A stretch of DNA of 64,000 nt, from the NCBI GenBank assembly GCA_030704615.1, contig CM060734.1, forward strand, positions 62,124,001 through 62,188,000, given 5' to 3'. Source of the stretch: Takakia lepidozioides. Taxonomy: Eukaryota > Plantae > Bryophyta. The notes under the pieces are model-generated. The model searched no databases. It saw only the letters and a list, made by a program, of their open reading frames with translations, and had not been told where the DNA came from. The number at the start of each line of letters is the position of its first letter. Position 1 is the stretch's first letter. This document shows, piece after piece, positions 34,168 through 48,439 of the stretch. The position numbers and the translations under genes are program-made.

Positions 34168-37100
34168 GATAGTACATAGTATTTTGTTGGTAGCCTCTGC
34201 CTGCCCATTACCTGTGGGTAATATGTTGTACTCTTTCTATGCACAATCATGAACTCTTTAGTCAACAACTCAATGGTCTCATTCATGAAGTGACTTCCCT
34301 GATCACTGATAAATTCTAAGGGACAGCCAAATCGTGTAAGTATGTTCTCGTACAGGAACCTTGCTGTGGACTTGGCTGTGTTGTCCCTCAAAGCTTTAGC
34401 TTCCACCCACTTTGTAGTATAATCAGTGGCTGTAATTATGTACCTGTTTCGTGTATTCTTGGATGGTGGGTTAATTGGTCCAACAAAGTCTAGTCCCCAT
34501 TTCTGAAATGGTTCCGTAGGCATTGTAGGATGCAAGGCCATCCTTCCAGATCTCTGCAAAGGTCCTAGCCTCTGACATTCATCACACTTCTGACAATACT
34601 CGTGTACATCTTTGAACAAAGTAGGCCACCAGTATCCTGCGAGTAGTATCTTCCTACTGGTAGTCTCTTCTCCAAAATGACCTCCAGCCACTCCTTTATG
34701 AACTTCCGCCAAAACTTTATTTACTTCATGGTGGTACAAGCATCGTTTTAGTACTCCATCAGGTCCTAACTTATACATTCTGCTTCCTACCATAGTATAA
34801 GGTAAAGCTTTGATAGCGATTCTCTTCCTCTGCTCCTTACCATAACTAGGTGGGCACTGACCATGAGCAAGGTAGTATCTGATTGGCCACTGCCAATCTA
34901 ACCAGTCATCTGCACTTCCCTGCACCTCCACTGCAAAGAGACTCGCATCTGGTAATTGATCATCTATTCCTGTGGCTGGTTCTCCTGTTGTCAATCGTGA
35001 CAAATGATCCGCCACAAGATGCAGTCTCCCAGGCTTGTAAACAACCTCGAACTCAAACTCGTGCAAGATTATCAACCATCTTGCTATTCTTCCGCTTATC
35101 AGAGGTTTGTTTACCAGGTATATCAGAGCCTGGTGATCCACATAGAACATAAACTTCTTGCCCAACAGGTAATGCCTGAATTTCTTCACTGCATAGATCA
35201 TTGCCAATGCTTCTCTTTCCGTTGTGCTATAGTTCCTTTCAGCACTGTTCATCAACCGGCTAGCATAGTACACAGGTGAATCTATATTCCCTGTAACATT
35301 CTGGGCTAACACCGCTCCCAACGCTTCTCCTGATGCATCGCAGTGAACATGGAATACTACATGCCAGTGAGGGTTAATCAGCACAGGTGTAGTTGTTACT
35401 GACAGTGTAAGTTCCTCAAACGCCTGTTGACATTCAGCTGTCCAGGCAAACACTGCATCTTTCTTCAGTAGTTTGCTCAATGGTGCTGCTATTTGTGCAT
35501 ACCTTTTGACAAATCTCTGTAATAACTGGTTTGCCCAAGGAATCTCCGTAGACTTTTAACATTCACTGGTGGTGGAGAGGCTTTAATGGACTCTGTCTTT
35601 CTGGGATCCACAAGGAGTCCCTTCTTACACACAATGTGTCCAGAAGCACCCCTGAGTTCACACAGAAAGTACACTTCTCTGGATTCAGGCCCAGACCTCT
35701 CATCCTGCATCTGGCCAAACATAACTCCAATTTATGCAAGTGCTCATTCTTAGAGCTGTACACACTGAAATCATCCAAGAATACCTGCATGAAATCATCC
35801 AGATACTCATGAAAAGATTCACTTATCACTCTCTGAAAGGTCGCTGGTGCATTACAAAGTCCAAAGGGCATGACTTTGTATGCATAAGCCCCCCAGTCTG
35901 TGATGAAAGCTGTTTTCCCTTGGTCTTCTTCTGCCACTTGCACTTGATTATAACCACTGAAGCCATCCATGAATGAGTACATCTCATGGCCTGCCACAGT
36001 GTCTAATACTGCTTCTGTGAATGGCAAAGGGAAAGGATCTTTCTTCGTACAAGCATTCAGCTTCTTATAGTTCACACATACTCTTAGTTTGCCATTCTTC
36101 TTGGGAACTATAACAATGGGTGACAACCAAGTTGTATACTCTATTGGGTATATAAACTTAGCCTCAGCCAACTTCTTTATCTCTTCTCCAACCTTCTGTG
36201 CGTAGTTGGGATTCATTCTATACCTCGCCTGCTTGATTGGTTGACCCTGGTTCCAGTTCAATCTTATGCTGACAGACTTCAGGTGGTATCCCTTTTAGAT
36301 CCTCATAGCTCCAAGCAAATACATCTCTGTATTTGATGAACAAGCTTTTAGCTTCTTCGAAGAATTCCGGCTCCAAATCAGCTCCTACTTTCACCATCCT
36401 CGGTTCCTCTTTAGTTCCCACATTCACTTCCCTCACCTGCTCATCAGCTGTGATTGTCCAACCAGTCACCACTTCATCCTTAAGCTCACAGTGGCTGGTT
36501 CTTCTAGGATTTCTATTTCTCCTTCTCTTTCTTCATAGAAATGTGATGGGTAAATGCTGGTTTCCTCTTCAGTTGGTGTTGCTGTCACTACACCACAGCA
36601 GATACCTCTCAAACAACTTAGGCTTTCCAGCCGCATCTCTGCAACCTGCTCCCACTCTGGGTGTGCAGCAAATAGGGTAGCTTCCTGCTCCTCATCCAGT
36701 CCTCCTTTCCAGTCATACTCCTGACTCCTCGAGGTCTTCTTGTAGCAGGTAATCTACTAGATTTCTTTGTGGTAATTTGTATCTCGTGTATCCCATTATG
36801 CACGGTTAGTAACTGAGAATTCCAGTCATGGAATACCCTGGCCTGTTTCAGCCACGGACGTCCCAATAATAAGGAGTAAGCCTCCATGACTTCATCCATT
36901 TCCAACACAGTTACTGTGATCATAAAGATCATCTTCTGTATCTGTATCTTAACTCCTCTTATTAATCCCAATGGCTGTACACTTCTTTGATCTGCCATTG
37001 TTACTGTAAATGGGGCTGGTTTCATGTTACTTAGACCAAGCTTCTTCCTTAATTGGTCTGTCATGATATTTACTCAAGAACCTCCATCTATTAGTACATC

Positions 37101-39649
37101 AGTTAGTTCTGTGCTTCCAATTCTCAATTGGATTACTGGCATAGAATCATCAAAGTCCATGACTGTTTCTCGCCCTTCCGGCTTCACATTATAACTGGTC
37201 ACCTTGCTGTTCAGGTCTGTGTTTCCTGTCTCTTGGGCAATTCGATTGATTGCTTGATACAGCCTGTGCCTACAATAAGGTGCCACAGCTAATAGCTGTC
37301 CAATGGTAATTTCTGCTTTGGTCTGGCATATTACTTCAGCCAAAGTCTCTTCATTACTTTGCATGTCTGCATCTTCTTTCTTCCTTTCTTCCTCATTCCC
37401 TTCTTTTTCTCCATCAGAATCAGAGGAATCTGCCACAGGAATATCAGTACTCTTTTGCATTTCCCTTATAGTATCTGCCACTTCCTTGTGCAGTTCCTTC
37501 TCATCTTTCCAAGTCTCTTCATCTTCAGGCATATCATTGCCACTTCCATTATCATCTTCTCCTCTTCTACTGGAGGTATTAGTTTGGCTTTACTTCTTGT
37601 TACTATCATTGTACTTACTTCTGGTACAACACATGGCCTAACCATGTGAGCTGCCACCACTGGGCCCTCATTCACAGGAGCTCTCATCTCATTCTGGTGT
37701 CTTATCCAGAATGAACAGGCTACCTTGCGATGTCCTGGCTGATTACAATAGTAACATAGCTCTTCACCATTGGGTCCTCGCCCTTGGTCTGTTCTTGGAT
37801 TATTTCTATAATCCTGATTCCCGGGCTGGTAATTCCCCCTTGGATTACCCTGATAGTTGCCTCTGGAATTTCCTTGGTAATTCCCTCTTGAATTACCTCT
37901 CCTTCCATGCCATTGTTATAACCACCAGACCTACCATAGTGGTCCTGATCATTGTTTCTTCTTGGCTGGGGCTGCACCTGATGCACCCTTACTTGCCTAG
38001 GTTCTCTTGCAGCTGTCCTTCTGTTGTAGTAACAATTCTCAGTAGAATGGTTATCCATTTTACAGATAGTACAGTGTTTCTCCTTCATGTGGCATTCTGT
38101 GGTGGTATGGCCTTCATTCTGGCACTTTGCACACCATACACCCTTCCTCCAATGTGTTGCAGCCTCTGTGGCATACTTCTTCAAGATTTCTTCCAATTTT
38201 TTTTCATAGTTATCCCTCTTCAACTTCTCCTTTCTCTTACTCTTTCTTTTTAGTTCTTGCTCTTCTTCTTCATCTGACTCATCCTCAGAGTCCTCATCTT
38301 CCTTTTCTCTCTCCTGAGCATTCCCAATTGCTCAATTCTGTTTGCAGTTTCAAATGCCTCCTCCACTGTATTATGGGGTAACATATCCACTTTCTTTTGC
38401 AACTCTGGTCTTAGTCCACTCACAAACCATGTCTTCTGTAAACCGGGTGCTGGTACTGCAGCCAGCTTTTTCATCATCAATTCCATCTTCTCCATATACT
38501 CTTCAACAGTTTCATGCTTCTTCTGCTTCAGCTGTTGTAAACTTCCATACACTTCATCCTCAGCTTTACTTGTCCTGAACCTATTTCGAAATGTTGTATT
38601 CAAGCCATTCCAGGTTAGGAAATGATTATCAGGGAATCTTGCATACCATTCACTTGCTTTCTTGATAAGTGAACAAGGAAACAGTCTATCTTGGCATCAT
38701 CGCCATTCTCATTGTTCACTATACACATGTGCTCAAATTGGCTAATGTGTACATCGGGATCCCCTTTTCCTGAATATATTGGAAAGGGTGGTTTTGCCCG
38801 TGTTGGTTGTAATGCCATCTGTGGCCCTACCTTCTGCCCACAGACAGGTGCTGGCACCCTTGCTGGTGCTGGTCCTTCTGGACCTGTTGTAGTTGTGGTG
38901 GATCTTCCACCAAGTGGTGGCCCTTGAGCACTCCCTGCTTCTGGCCCCACGATATTCACAGTATTCCCAACTTCAGTTGCACTACTTCCCACACTCCCTG
39001 TCCCCCCAGAGCCAGATCCAGGCAGCCCGCCTGATCCCCCTGAGCCGACACCTTCGTTGGCCTGTGATTCAAGTGCTCCACTTGATCCAGGTCCAACGGG
39101 TTGGGATGTCCTGGTTGTAGTCTCAACCTCAGCTGTTGGGTCTACTTCTTCATATTCTTCCTCTTCCAATTTCCTCTCTCTGTTTTCATCCTCCAAGTTC
39201 TACCCTTGGGTTTCTTCTTCACTCATGTAACCCAACTGTAATGGTGTTGGAGAGTCTGAACTCTCCGTTGGCTCTGCCACATCCTCTTCTCCTTCTTCAC
39301 CGTCTGCTTCAGAAACTGGAGTTCCTGCTTTTGGTGTTCCATGCCAACTCTTATCAAAGATTTCTGTCAAATCTTTTATCCAGGGATGTACCTCAGATCT
39401 TTCACCTCGTGATTGATCTTCTTCCTGTACCAATTCCCTTAATCTTTCTACAAAGAAACAGAAGGAGTGGCATCCAACTCTAGTTCTTCCGGTATGGGTG
39501 ATGTACTCTTTGATCTTAATGGTGTGAGAGGTCCAGATGATTCCCCTATGTCTATTCCTCTCTCCCAAAGATATGGATAATTAGCTTTCAGATAGCTTTC
39601 TCTTTTTTGCTGAATATCTCTGGCGTCTAGCTTCTCTTTCATCACTCAT
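34155..39649 (-). pseudogene. gag-pol: Element C gag-pol (frameshifted)
   Basis: ORFs 38250..38603 and 37720..38223 (knuckles), 36618..37532 (PR), 35563..36261 (RT, FLDD), 34155..35480 (RH-INT). Confidence 0.95.
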
Positions 39650-40260
39650 GTCCCATGTCTTTCATTTCTTTTAATGTGGCAATAACCAAAACTCTCTTCT
39701 GTAATATCTCTCGTATATGCCTGGGTTTCTTTCAAGCTTCAATGCACCCTTGGCTATACTTGAAGTCTCCGTTACCATATAACCATATGGCAAAAAGTCT
39801 GAAAAGCTGTTCTTGGTGTGAGTTTGATCCACAAAATATCCTTTGGAATCCAATTTTTACCAGTACAAGCTCTTCATGCATATGAGTATAAACATTCACA
39901 TTTCTTTCTTTCTTTCCAGCCTTCAAACTCTCTGCTCGCTTAATGGATAGCAATGCTATCACATAAACCAATGTTGGTAACCAACGTGCTCTTCCTCTAC
40001 AGGCTACCTGATAAATCTTTATCACTCCTTTCTCCAGACCCCATTCCGGATCAGCATCATGCACTCGCTTAAGAATATTTTTCTTTACAACCGTCTGGCA
40101 ATTCCAAGAACCTTTGAAAGAATGTTTGGACAATCTTTCTTCCTTCGTTCCACAGGGAATTTGATTCACTTCAAATTCTTTAATGGTCCAACCACCATGA
40201 TCCCACCAGATGCCTGTCACATCTGGTTGTTCAGCCTCAGTTCCCAGTATGGTCGCCAAA

Positions 40261-41406
40261 TGTCGCGCGGCATTTACTCACCCATCCCTTCGCTATTCGA
40301 GGCGGAAACTCCAAGATAGAAGAGTTGGAAATCTCTAAGTACTCAGCCCGCGCAGAACAATCAGTCATGACCTACAGCTAGTGTATCATGGGGGTGTTTC
40401 CTATTTGTTTCCCTTTTGGCATTCATGTTAGCTACCTTACCATTGATAATTAAGTATCAGTTTGCTTTATCAATCTATTGGATTTTGTCAACTCATCCAT
40501 TCATTCCACAGCTTCACTCAGATCTCTCTACACAGTGTGATTGTATCGTAAAAGTATCCGATTATGATTTATCAGGTATCAGGCCGAAGCTTTGTCTCTA
40601 ATCTGCTCTACAATATCATTACAGCCTTGCATATAACAAGCATCTACTCATCATCTCTCTATCTTCACTTCCGTTCTTAATCTCTGCCCGACCCCTCTCC
40701 TCCATGACCAAGAAGTCCTCCACCGAATGATATTCCCCTCTCCTCCATGACCAAGAAGTCCTCCTCCGAATGATATTCCCAAAATTCCCCGCTTCTCCCT
40801 TTATCTTCCTACCCGTGGTTCTAACCGTTTCCCTCACTAACCGTCGTCTGTGAACTAACATGTTCCCTTCGCAGGTGTTGTTCCCCACAGTCGTTCCCTG
40901 TCCTGCTCTCCGTTCCCTATGATCGTGACAGCGGTGTCCAAGCTGTGACTAGCTGTGTGAAACTGTGACGGTCTGTGTCGGCTGTGATGGCTGTGTCGGA
41001 TGTGACGACTGTGACGGGGGCTGTGTCGGCTTGTCTGCTGTGACGACTGTAACGGGCTGTGGATGGCTGTGGTCGGCTGTGACGCACTGTGACGGGCTAT
41101 TCGGCTGTGTCTGTTTTGACGACAAAAAGTAAACGGGCTGTGTCGGCTGTGTCGGCTGTGACGATTCTGACGGGCTGTGTCGCTGTGTCTACTGTGGACG
41201 ACGGTAACGGCTGTGTTGCTGGTCGGCTGTTGACTACTGTGACGGGCTTGTTGGCTGTGTCGGCTGTGACTACTGTGACGGCTGGTAACCCCCTCTACAG
41301 TGCGCTGCTGTCACCCCTAGGTTCCTGTTGGTTTCAGTCTGTGCAAAAATTAAGGGTACCCTACCGATCCGGTTTAAGTGTCTAAGTCCAAGACAGTCCT
41401 CTAACA
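40261..41406 (-). repeat. Element C 5' LTR
   Basis: Direct repeat of 27815-28939 plus a ~40-bp tandem duplication at ~40693-40779. Confidence 0.95.
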
Positions 41407-44400
41407 GTGGTGTAGTGACAGCAAAACCAATTGAGGGTGAAACAAGCAGTTACCCACCACATTTCTATGAAGAAAGAGAGGGAGAAATGGAAATCCTAGA
41501 GGAACCACCATTGTGAGTTTACAGGATGAAGTGGTGACTGGTTGGACAATCACAGCTGATGAGCAGGTGAGAGAAGTGAATGTGGGAACTGAAGAGAACC
41601 GAGGATGGTGAAGGTAGGGGCTAATTTGGAGCCAGAATTCTTTGAGAAGCTAAGAGTCTGTTCATCAAATACAAAGATGTATTTGCTTGGAGCTACGAGG
41701 ATTTGAAAGGGATGCCACCTGAGATCTGTCAGCATAAGATTGAACTGGAACCAGGGTCAGTACCAATCAAACAGGCAAGGTACAGAATGAATCCCAACTA
41801 TGCACAGAAGGTTGGGGAAGAGATCAAGAAGTTGGCTGAGGCTAAGTTGATATATCCGATAGAGTATACAACTTGGTTGTCACCCATTGTGATAGTTCCC
41901 ACGAGAATGGTAAACTAAGAGTTTGTGTGAACTATAAGAAGTTGAATGCTTGCACGAAGAAAGATCATTTCCCTTTGCCATTCACAGAAGCGGTATTGGA
42001 TACTATGGCAGGCCATGAGATGTACTCATTCATGGATGGCTTCAGTGGTTATAATCAAGTGCAAGTGGCAGAAGAAGACCAGGCAGCTGCACTGCCTGCG
42101 GTGTAGCAATTGTTTGCTTCTACAGTATCGTGGTGCTCTTCACCCTGATATCCCCCATTCCCCTCACTCTCTTCATTCTAGACAAACAAAAAGGCCTTGT
42201 TTGAAACAGCTGAAGAAAAGCTTGCAGGGCACAGAGCATAAAGGTATGGTTGGCACACAGAATGGAACGGGTAAGTGCGTGTAAGCCTGTGGGGCTTGCA
42301 AGTATCGAATGAGAGAGAATGTACTCTCAACCCGTCCGTCCTTGTGCCACTGCGTGAGAAGTAAAGCGAGCATGTAATCTGTAATATCCGCCATAGCTAC
42401 AAAGCTATAGCTTTGATTGCCTCTCCTGCCGAGACGCTGGTTATTCGGAGCCACCCCGACTCTCGCGCTCATAACCCTGCTAATTTCTTGCTCTTGTTTC
42501 TTGGAGGAAACCACCTCCATGTAAATCTTGCTCGTGATTGGCTGTTGCCTCCTTGGGTAACTTCTTAATTTAACTCCCCTTAGTGGACTTTCCCCCCTGG
42601 AATGTCCACTAGGATAGCACATGCGGCAAAGATCCCCATTTTCTGTACTCGTAAAGGGTTCTGTTACCCTTGCCCTGAATGCATTAATGGGCCCACAAAT
42701 AGTTTGGGTTGATGTACCGGGTAGGTACTTTGACGGCCCAATTTGTCTTCTTGCATGATGACGCCCACTTTTGCAATATATGCATTGCGGTGTGCTTTGC
42801 CCTGGCGACCACGTGTTCGTTTCTAGACCTGCCTCCGTCTTTCCTTGTCTGCGTGGCACATTCTCCGAGTTTGACTTCCAAGCTGTCTTTTCTTCCGTCG
42901 GCCACTTTTCGGACGTTAACCCACGTCCACCTGTCACTGACCCTATGGACTGTGTAACCCGCGTGGGCTGTGTTGGGCTGTGACAGGCTGTGTCAAACTG
43001 TGGTGGGCTGTGATAGGCTGTGTGATACTGTGGTGGGCTGTGATAAGCTGTGTGGCACTCTGGTGGGCTGTGATAGGCTGTGTGATGTTGTGAAGGGCTG
43101 TGATAACTATGCGAACACTCGTGTTCTCCGCTCAGACCATACACATTCGGCTTTACGACAAGTGCTTCATGCTCCGTTGGTATTACCGGTGCAGCCCGTG
43201 ACTGTTTCTGTGTTTCAATATCCAAATCGTGTTGCAATGGTTTGTCATGGATACCACTGTGTCCCTTCAACTTATTGGCATTGACTCTTCCCAGCATCTC
43301 TTTGTTAATGGTTTGTAACATGGCGGTGTTGTTATCATACATCTTCTGTATGACATAAGGTCTTTTCCATGGTGATTTAAGCTTAGAAGCCTTAATCTTC
43401 TCCTTCTTCTGCAACCACTGAACCAAATTTCCCGTCTTAAAAGTCTTTAATTTACCTTCATCAAACTGATCCTTCCTCTTCATCTGAATTCTGGTCATGT
43501 TATCAGCTGCATCAGCACGTACTTCTTCCACATGGTATAATTCATGTTTCCTGACCTTAATTGAATCTTCCAATTCCATTCTCCTTCCCCATTCAATTCT
43601 CATGGTAAATAACAAGAATTCCACTGGAAGTAAAGCTTCCATACCATAAACTAATTGGAATGGTGTATACTTAGTGGTGAGTTTATATGAAGTCTTGTAT
43701 GACCACAAAGCTGTCAGCAGCTTTGTATCCCAATCTGTTATGTTTGCATTGACTATCTTAGCCAAGATAGTGCATAGTATTTTGTTGGTAGCCTCTGCCT
43801 GCCCATTACCCTGTGGGTAATAAGTTGTACTCTTCCTATGCACAATCATGAACTCTTTAGTCAATAGTTCAATGGTCTCATTAATGAAGTGACTTTCCTG
43901 GTCACTGATAAATTCCAGGGGACAGCCAAATCTTGTAAGTATGTTCTCATACAGGAACCTTGTTGTGGACTTAGCTGTGTTGTCCCTTAGAGCTTTAGCT
44001 TCCACCCACTTTGTAGTATAATCAGTGGCTGTGATTATATACTTGTTCTGTGTATTTTTGGCTGGTGGGTTAATTGGTCCAACAAAGTCTAGTCCCCATC
44101 TCTGAAATGGTTCAGTAGGCATCGTAGGATGCAAAGCCATCTTCCTAGATCTCTGCAATGGTCCTAGCCTCTAACACTCATCACAACTCTTACAATACTT
44201 GTGTACATCCTTGAACAAAGTAGACCACCAGTAACCTGCAAGTAGTATCTTTCTACTGGTAGTCTCTTCTCCAAAATGACCTCCAGCCACTCTTTTATGA
44301 ACTTCCTCCAAAATTTTATTTACTTCATGGTGGTACAAGCATCGTTTAAGTACTCCATCAGGTCTTAGCTTCTACATTCTGCCCCCTACCATAGTATAAG

Positions 44401-47400
44401 GTAAAGCCTTGATAGCGATTCTCTTCCTCTGCTCCTTTCCATAACTAGGTGGGCACTGATCATGAGTAAGGTAGTATCTGATTGGCCACTGCCAATCTAA
44501 CCAGTCATCTGCACTTCCCTGCACCTCCATTTCAAACAAACTCGCATCAGGTAGTTGGTCGTCTACTCTTGTAGCGGACTTTCCTGTTGATAGGCGTGAC
44601 AAGTGATCTGCCACAAGATGCAAACGGCCAGGCTTGTAAACAACTTCGAACTCAAACTCGTGCAAGATTATTAACCACCTTGCTATCCTTCCACTTATCA
44701 AAGGCTTGTTCACCAAAAAAATCAGAGCCTGATGATCCACATAAAACATAAACTTCCTTCCCAATAGGTAATGTCTGAATTTCTTAACTGCATAAATCAT
44801 TGCCAATGCTTCTCTTTCAGTTGTGCTATAGTTCCTTTCAGCACTGTTCATCAACCTGCTAGCATAGTACACAGGTGAATCTATGTTTCCTGTAACATTT
44901 TGGGCTAACACTACTCCCAACGCTTCTCCTGAGGCATCACAGTGAACATGAAATACTACATGCCAGTGAGGGTTAATCAGCACAGGTGTAGTTGTTACTG
45001 ACAATGTAAGTTCCTCAAAAGCCTGTTGACATTCAGCTGTCCATGCAAACACTGCATCTTTCTTCAGAAGCTTGCTCAATGGTGCTGCTATTTGTGCATA
45101 CCGTCTGACAAAGCTTCTGTAATAACTGGTTTGACCAAGGAATCTCCTTAGACTCTTAACATTTACTGGTGGTGGAGAGGCTTTAATGGCCTCTGTCTTT
45201 CTGGGGTCCACAAGAAGTCCCCTCTTACACACAATGTGTCCCAAAAGCACCCCTGAGTTCACACAGAAAGTACACTTCTCTAGATTCAGGCCCAGACCTC
45301 TCATCCTGCATCTGGCCAAACATAACTCCAATTTATGCAAGTGCTCATTCTTAGAGTTGTACACACTGAAATAATCCAAGTTGCAATTGGAGGGGCTGCT
45401 ACGCAAGGACTGGTCCTTGCATCATCGGTAGTATATGCTTCAATTTCTTCAGAACTTTGAGCCTAAGACGGGAGTAACCAAGGTAAGGGGAGTAGATATA
45501 GAAATTACTCCCCAGTACCTGCAGCAATTGTTCAAATTGCCATCGGGTCATGTGGATGTGGATGAGCACAGGGCAAGATTGCAAATAGGGAATCTGTTCC
45601 AAGAAGGGAGTTTCTTTAAGACTCAAGGTTACGCTTGCACCAAAGCCAAGTACCCAGGGCTTTGAGATGCTAGCCAAATACTGAACGTTCTGTTTGCCAT
45701 GAAACAGAACCAACAGTATTTGAGCAGGTCATTCACAGAGGAGATACTGAAAGCCTTGCGAGGAGAGGATGTAGCTTGGGCAGAGTTAATGTATAATGGT
45801 CTGGTGGAAGAGATGAAGAGGTTACAGGGCACTGCTGCTAAGTCTCCGATCATTGTGTCTGGCCCAGTCATTGCCCAAATTATTCTTGACTCTTGCATAC
45901 TTGATACGCGAGAACGTAAAGAGATGGGCGTGTTTAAGACAGTAACCACTGCAATTGAAGAGCAGGGCTCTTCACATAGTGAAGGTGGAATGGCGGGGCA
46001 ATACCAGTCTAAGAGACAGAAGCGGGATATGACTGTAGTAGCAGATCCGCTAGCTTCAAGAAAACTGCAAGATGATGTTTCCATAGCTCTTGTGCAGGAT
46101 GGGGCACAGCAGCACAGAGGGCTGTTATTACTAAAAGCACGACCTCTGGAGAGGGAAGAAGAAGTCACTTCGGTACCACAGCCATCATAGCCAGTTGAAT
46201 CAGTTGTCTCAGAGGTACCTCAGTTAGTACATGTTGTTCCACCAGAACCTATTGCTCTGGAAAGAGAAGGGTTGGACATTCCCACTACAGAACAGGTCAT
46301 GGCCGAAATTGAGAAGGGTGACCTTCTCTATGATAACTCTGGCTTGGTCAGGGAATCAGTGGTACCAGAGGTGCAGAGTCTTTCCAGGGAAATCCCTGCT
46401 GTGCATGTAATACCCACACCTGTGACGGAGGTACCAGGGGTAGAATATAAGGACACTGTAGCACCTGTGGAAGATGAGGTGGTTCAGGAAGAGGATCTGG
46501 TGGGGCAATGGCCTGAATGGTTGGTGAAACATCACACTGTGGAAGATCAAGGGGAACAACAGCAAGTTGACCATGATGATCCCCAGCAGGCCATGCTTAT
46601 GAGTTCCATAAGCAGGACACTCAATTTGTTGGGCGCTTATGTGAAATCCCATGTTCCATCTATCCAATTGGCAACTTTGAGGGAGGAACTCAGGAAGGAG
46701 TTTGAGACTCAAATTGCCACTGAGTGTGCTTACAAGGTAGATGAGGAGATCAATCTCAAGTTACAACAAGAGTTGGAGGACACAAAGGCTGCCTTGCAGT
46801 TGGCTAAGGGACATTTGATTGAAGCAGGTCTCGAGCAGGACCAATTGCATGAAGCACATAAGCAACAATTATACCAATTGCAGGTAAAGCATGAGGGCAA
46901 GTTGCAAGAAATGAACGTACTACATACAGAGTTGGAGGCAGTACAGCAGAGGATGACCATACAATGTGCTACACTAAAAACTACTCTAGAGCAAACTGCA
47001 TTAGAAATTAACAGACAAGGGGAGAGATGTATGATGGCAGAGCAAGGGAAACTCATTGTTGATTTGCAGGCTACAATCTGTCGCAATGAGAATACTTTCC
47101 AACAGTACAGACAGGTTGAGGCTGACCATGAGAGGTACATCCTGGACTTGCAACAAACAGTCATGGTCAATAGAAATGAACTCTCTGTGGCTAACAAGGC
47201 TTGGAAGGAAGCCAATAATCTAGCTGCTGCCTATGCGGGCCTCGTTGAACCTCATGCAAAGTGCATGGAGGCTTTACAACAGTAGTTAGATGTGTACAGA
47301 CTCACGGAGGAGCAGACGCTCAGGGGTGCCACACAGGACTTGGTGGATAACCACCTTATGCAGGTATGGTTAGCACAAGGGCCGGTAGAAGGCAAAGCAC

Positions 47401-48439
47401 CAAGGAAGCTCACCCAGGGCGAGATGAATGAGCTCAGATTGCAGGTGCAAAACATTGCCACAACTGAGCCCGAGTCCTGTCACAGGCTGATGGAGACGAT
47501 TGAGCACTACCTGGAAATGTCTGACCCTCCTTTAGCTGATAACGAGGTAACCTCTCAGGCATAGGAGATCCCCATCGTTTCTTCTCTGCCATCTGAAGTG
47601 CATAGTCCTCTGCCATGTCAAAAAAATCCTCTAAAGAACCAGTAGTATCAGAATCCTCGTCTCTTTTTGAGAGGGGAAGGGGTAATGTTAGAGGGCTGCT
47701 TGGGACTTAGACGCTTTTACAGGTTCTGTGGGGTACCCTTAATTTTTGCGCAGACTTATGAATGGTAGACTGAGACCAACAGGAGCCTAAGGGGTGGCAG
47801 GCGCAGACTTTAGGGGGGGTAGACAGCTCGTCACAGTCTATCACAGCCAGACATAGCTTTACACAGCCCGACACAGCTTCGCACAGCCGTCACAGCCCGA
47901 CACAGCTTTAGACAGCTCGTCACAGTCTATCACAGCCGGACACAGCTTTAGACAGCCCGACACAGCGCTATGCCAGTGAGGGCAGGCAGAACATACCCTC
48001 ATTGACCCTTCTGTGTCAGATCCAGTGGAAGTAATCTGTGAACTGACTGTACCACTTATACCCAATGGCATCCCCGACCATCTTATCCTTAGTAGCCCAT
48101 GTCTCTTGCCCACAAATCTGAATGCCATTGATTTGAATTTTTACAAGGTACCAACCCTCTAATTGTCAGCTAGGGTTGTTGATCTCCTTATACATGTGTG
48201 CATTCATGTGCAGGACATGCGATCATGATCTCTTGTAAGGAAGGAGGCAGAAGGTGTTGGGGCAGAAGGAGGGGGGGCTGCTATTTCATGAGCGGCATGA
48301 GCATGAGCGGAAAAAAAAAAAAGCATGAGCAGACCATTGTAAGTCCACGGAAATAGGGTTAGGAGGCACGGAAATAGGGTCATGTGAAGTTGGAATGTGG
48401 CACCAGTGGACTTGAAATGCAACATTTTATTGCATTTAC

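Larger units (their letters stand above)
27815..41406 (-). mobile_element. Element C: full-length Gypsy element, sister subfamily of B
   Basis: LTRs 27815-28939 and 40261-41406, TSD GTGGT (27810-27814 and 41407-41411), PBS 40241-40258, PPT ~28940-28960, and the same ORF set as B. Confidence 0.97.
27737..47975 (+). mobile_element. Element D: older, 5'-truncated B-family copy with two internal inversions, split by element C
   Basis: + 27737-27814 continues at 41412-42082 (PR-RT linker, RT). Inverted 42083-45379 (3' ORF start, INT, RH). + 45380-47464 (3' ORF). Inverted ~47466-47663. PPT and a partial LTR start at 47686. Confidence 0.85.
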
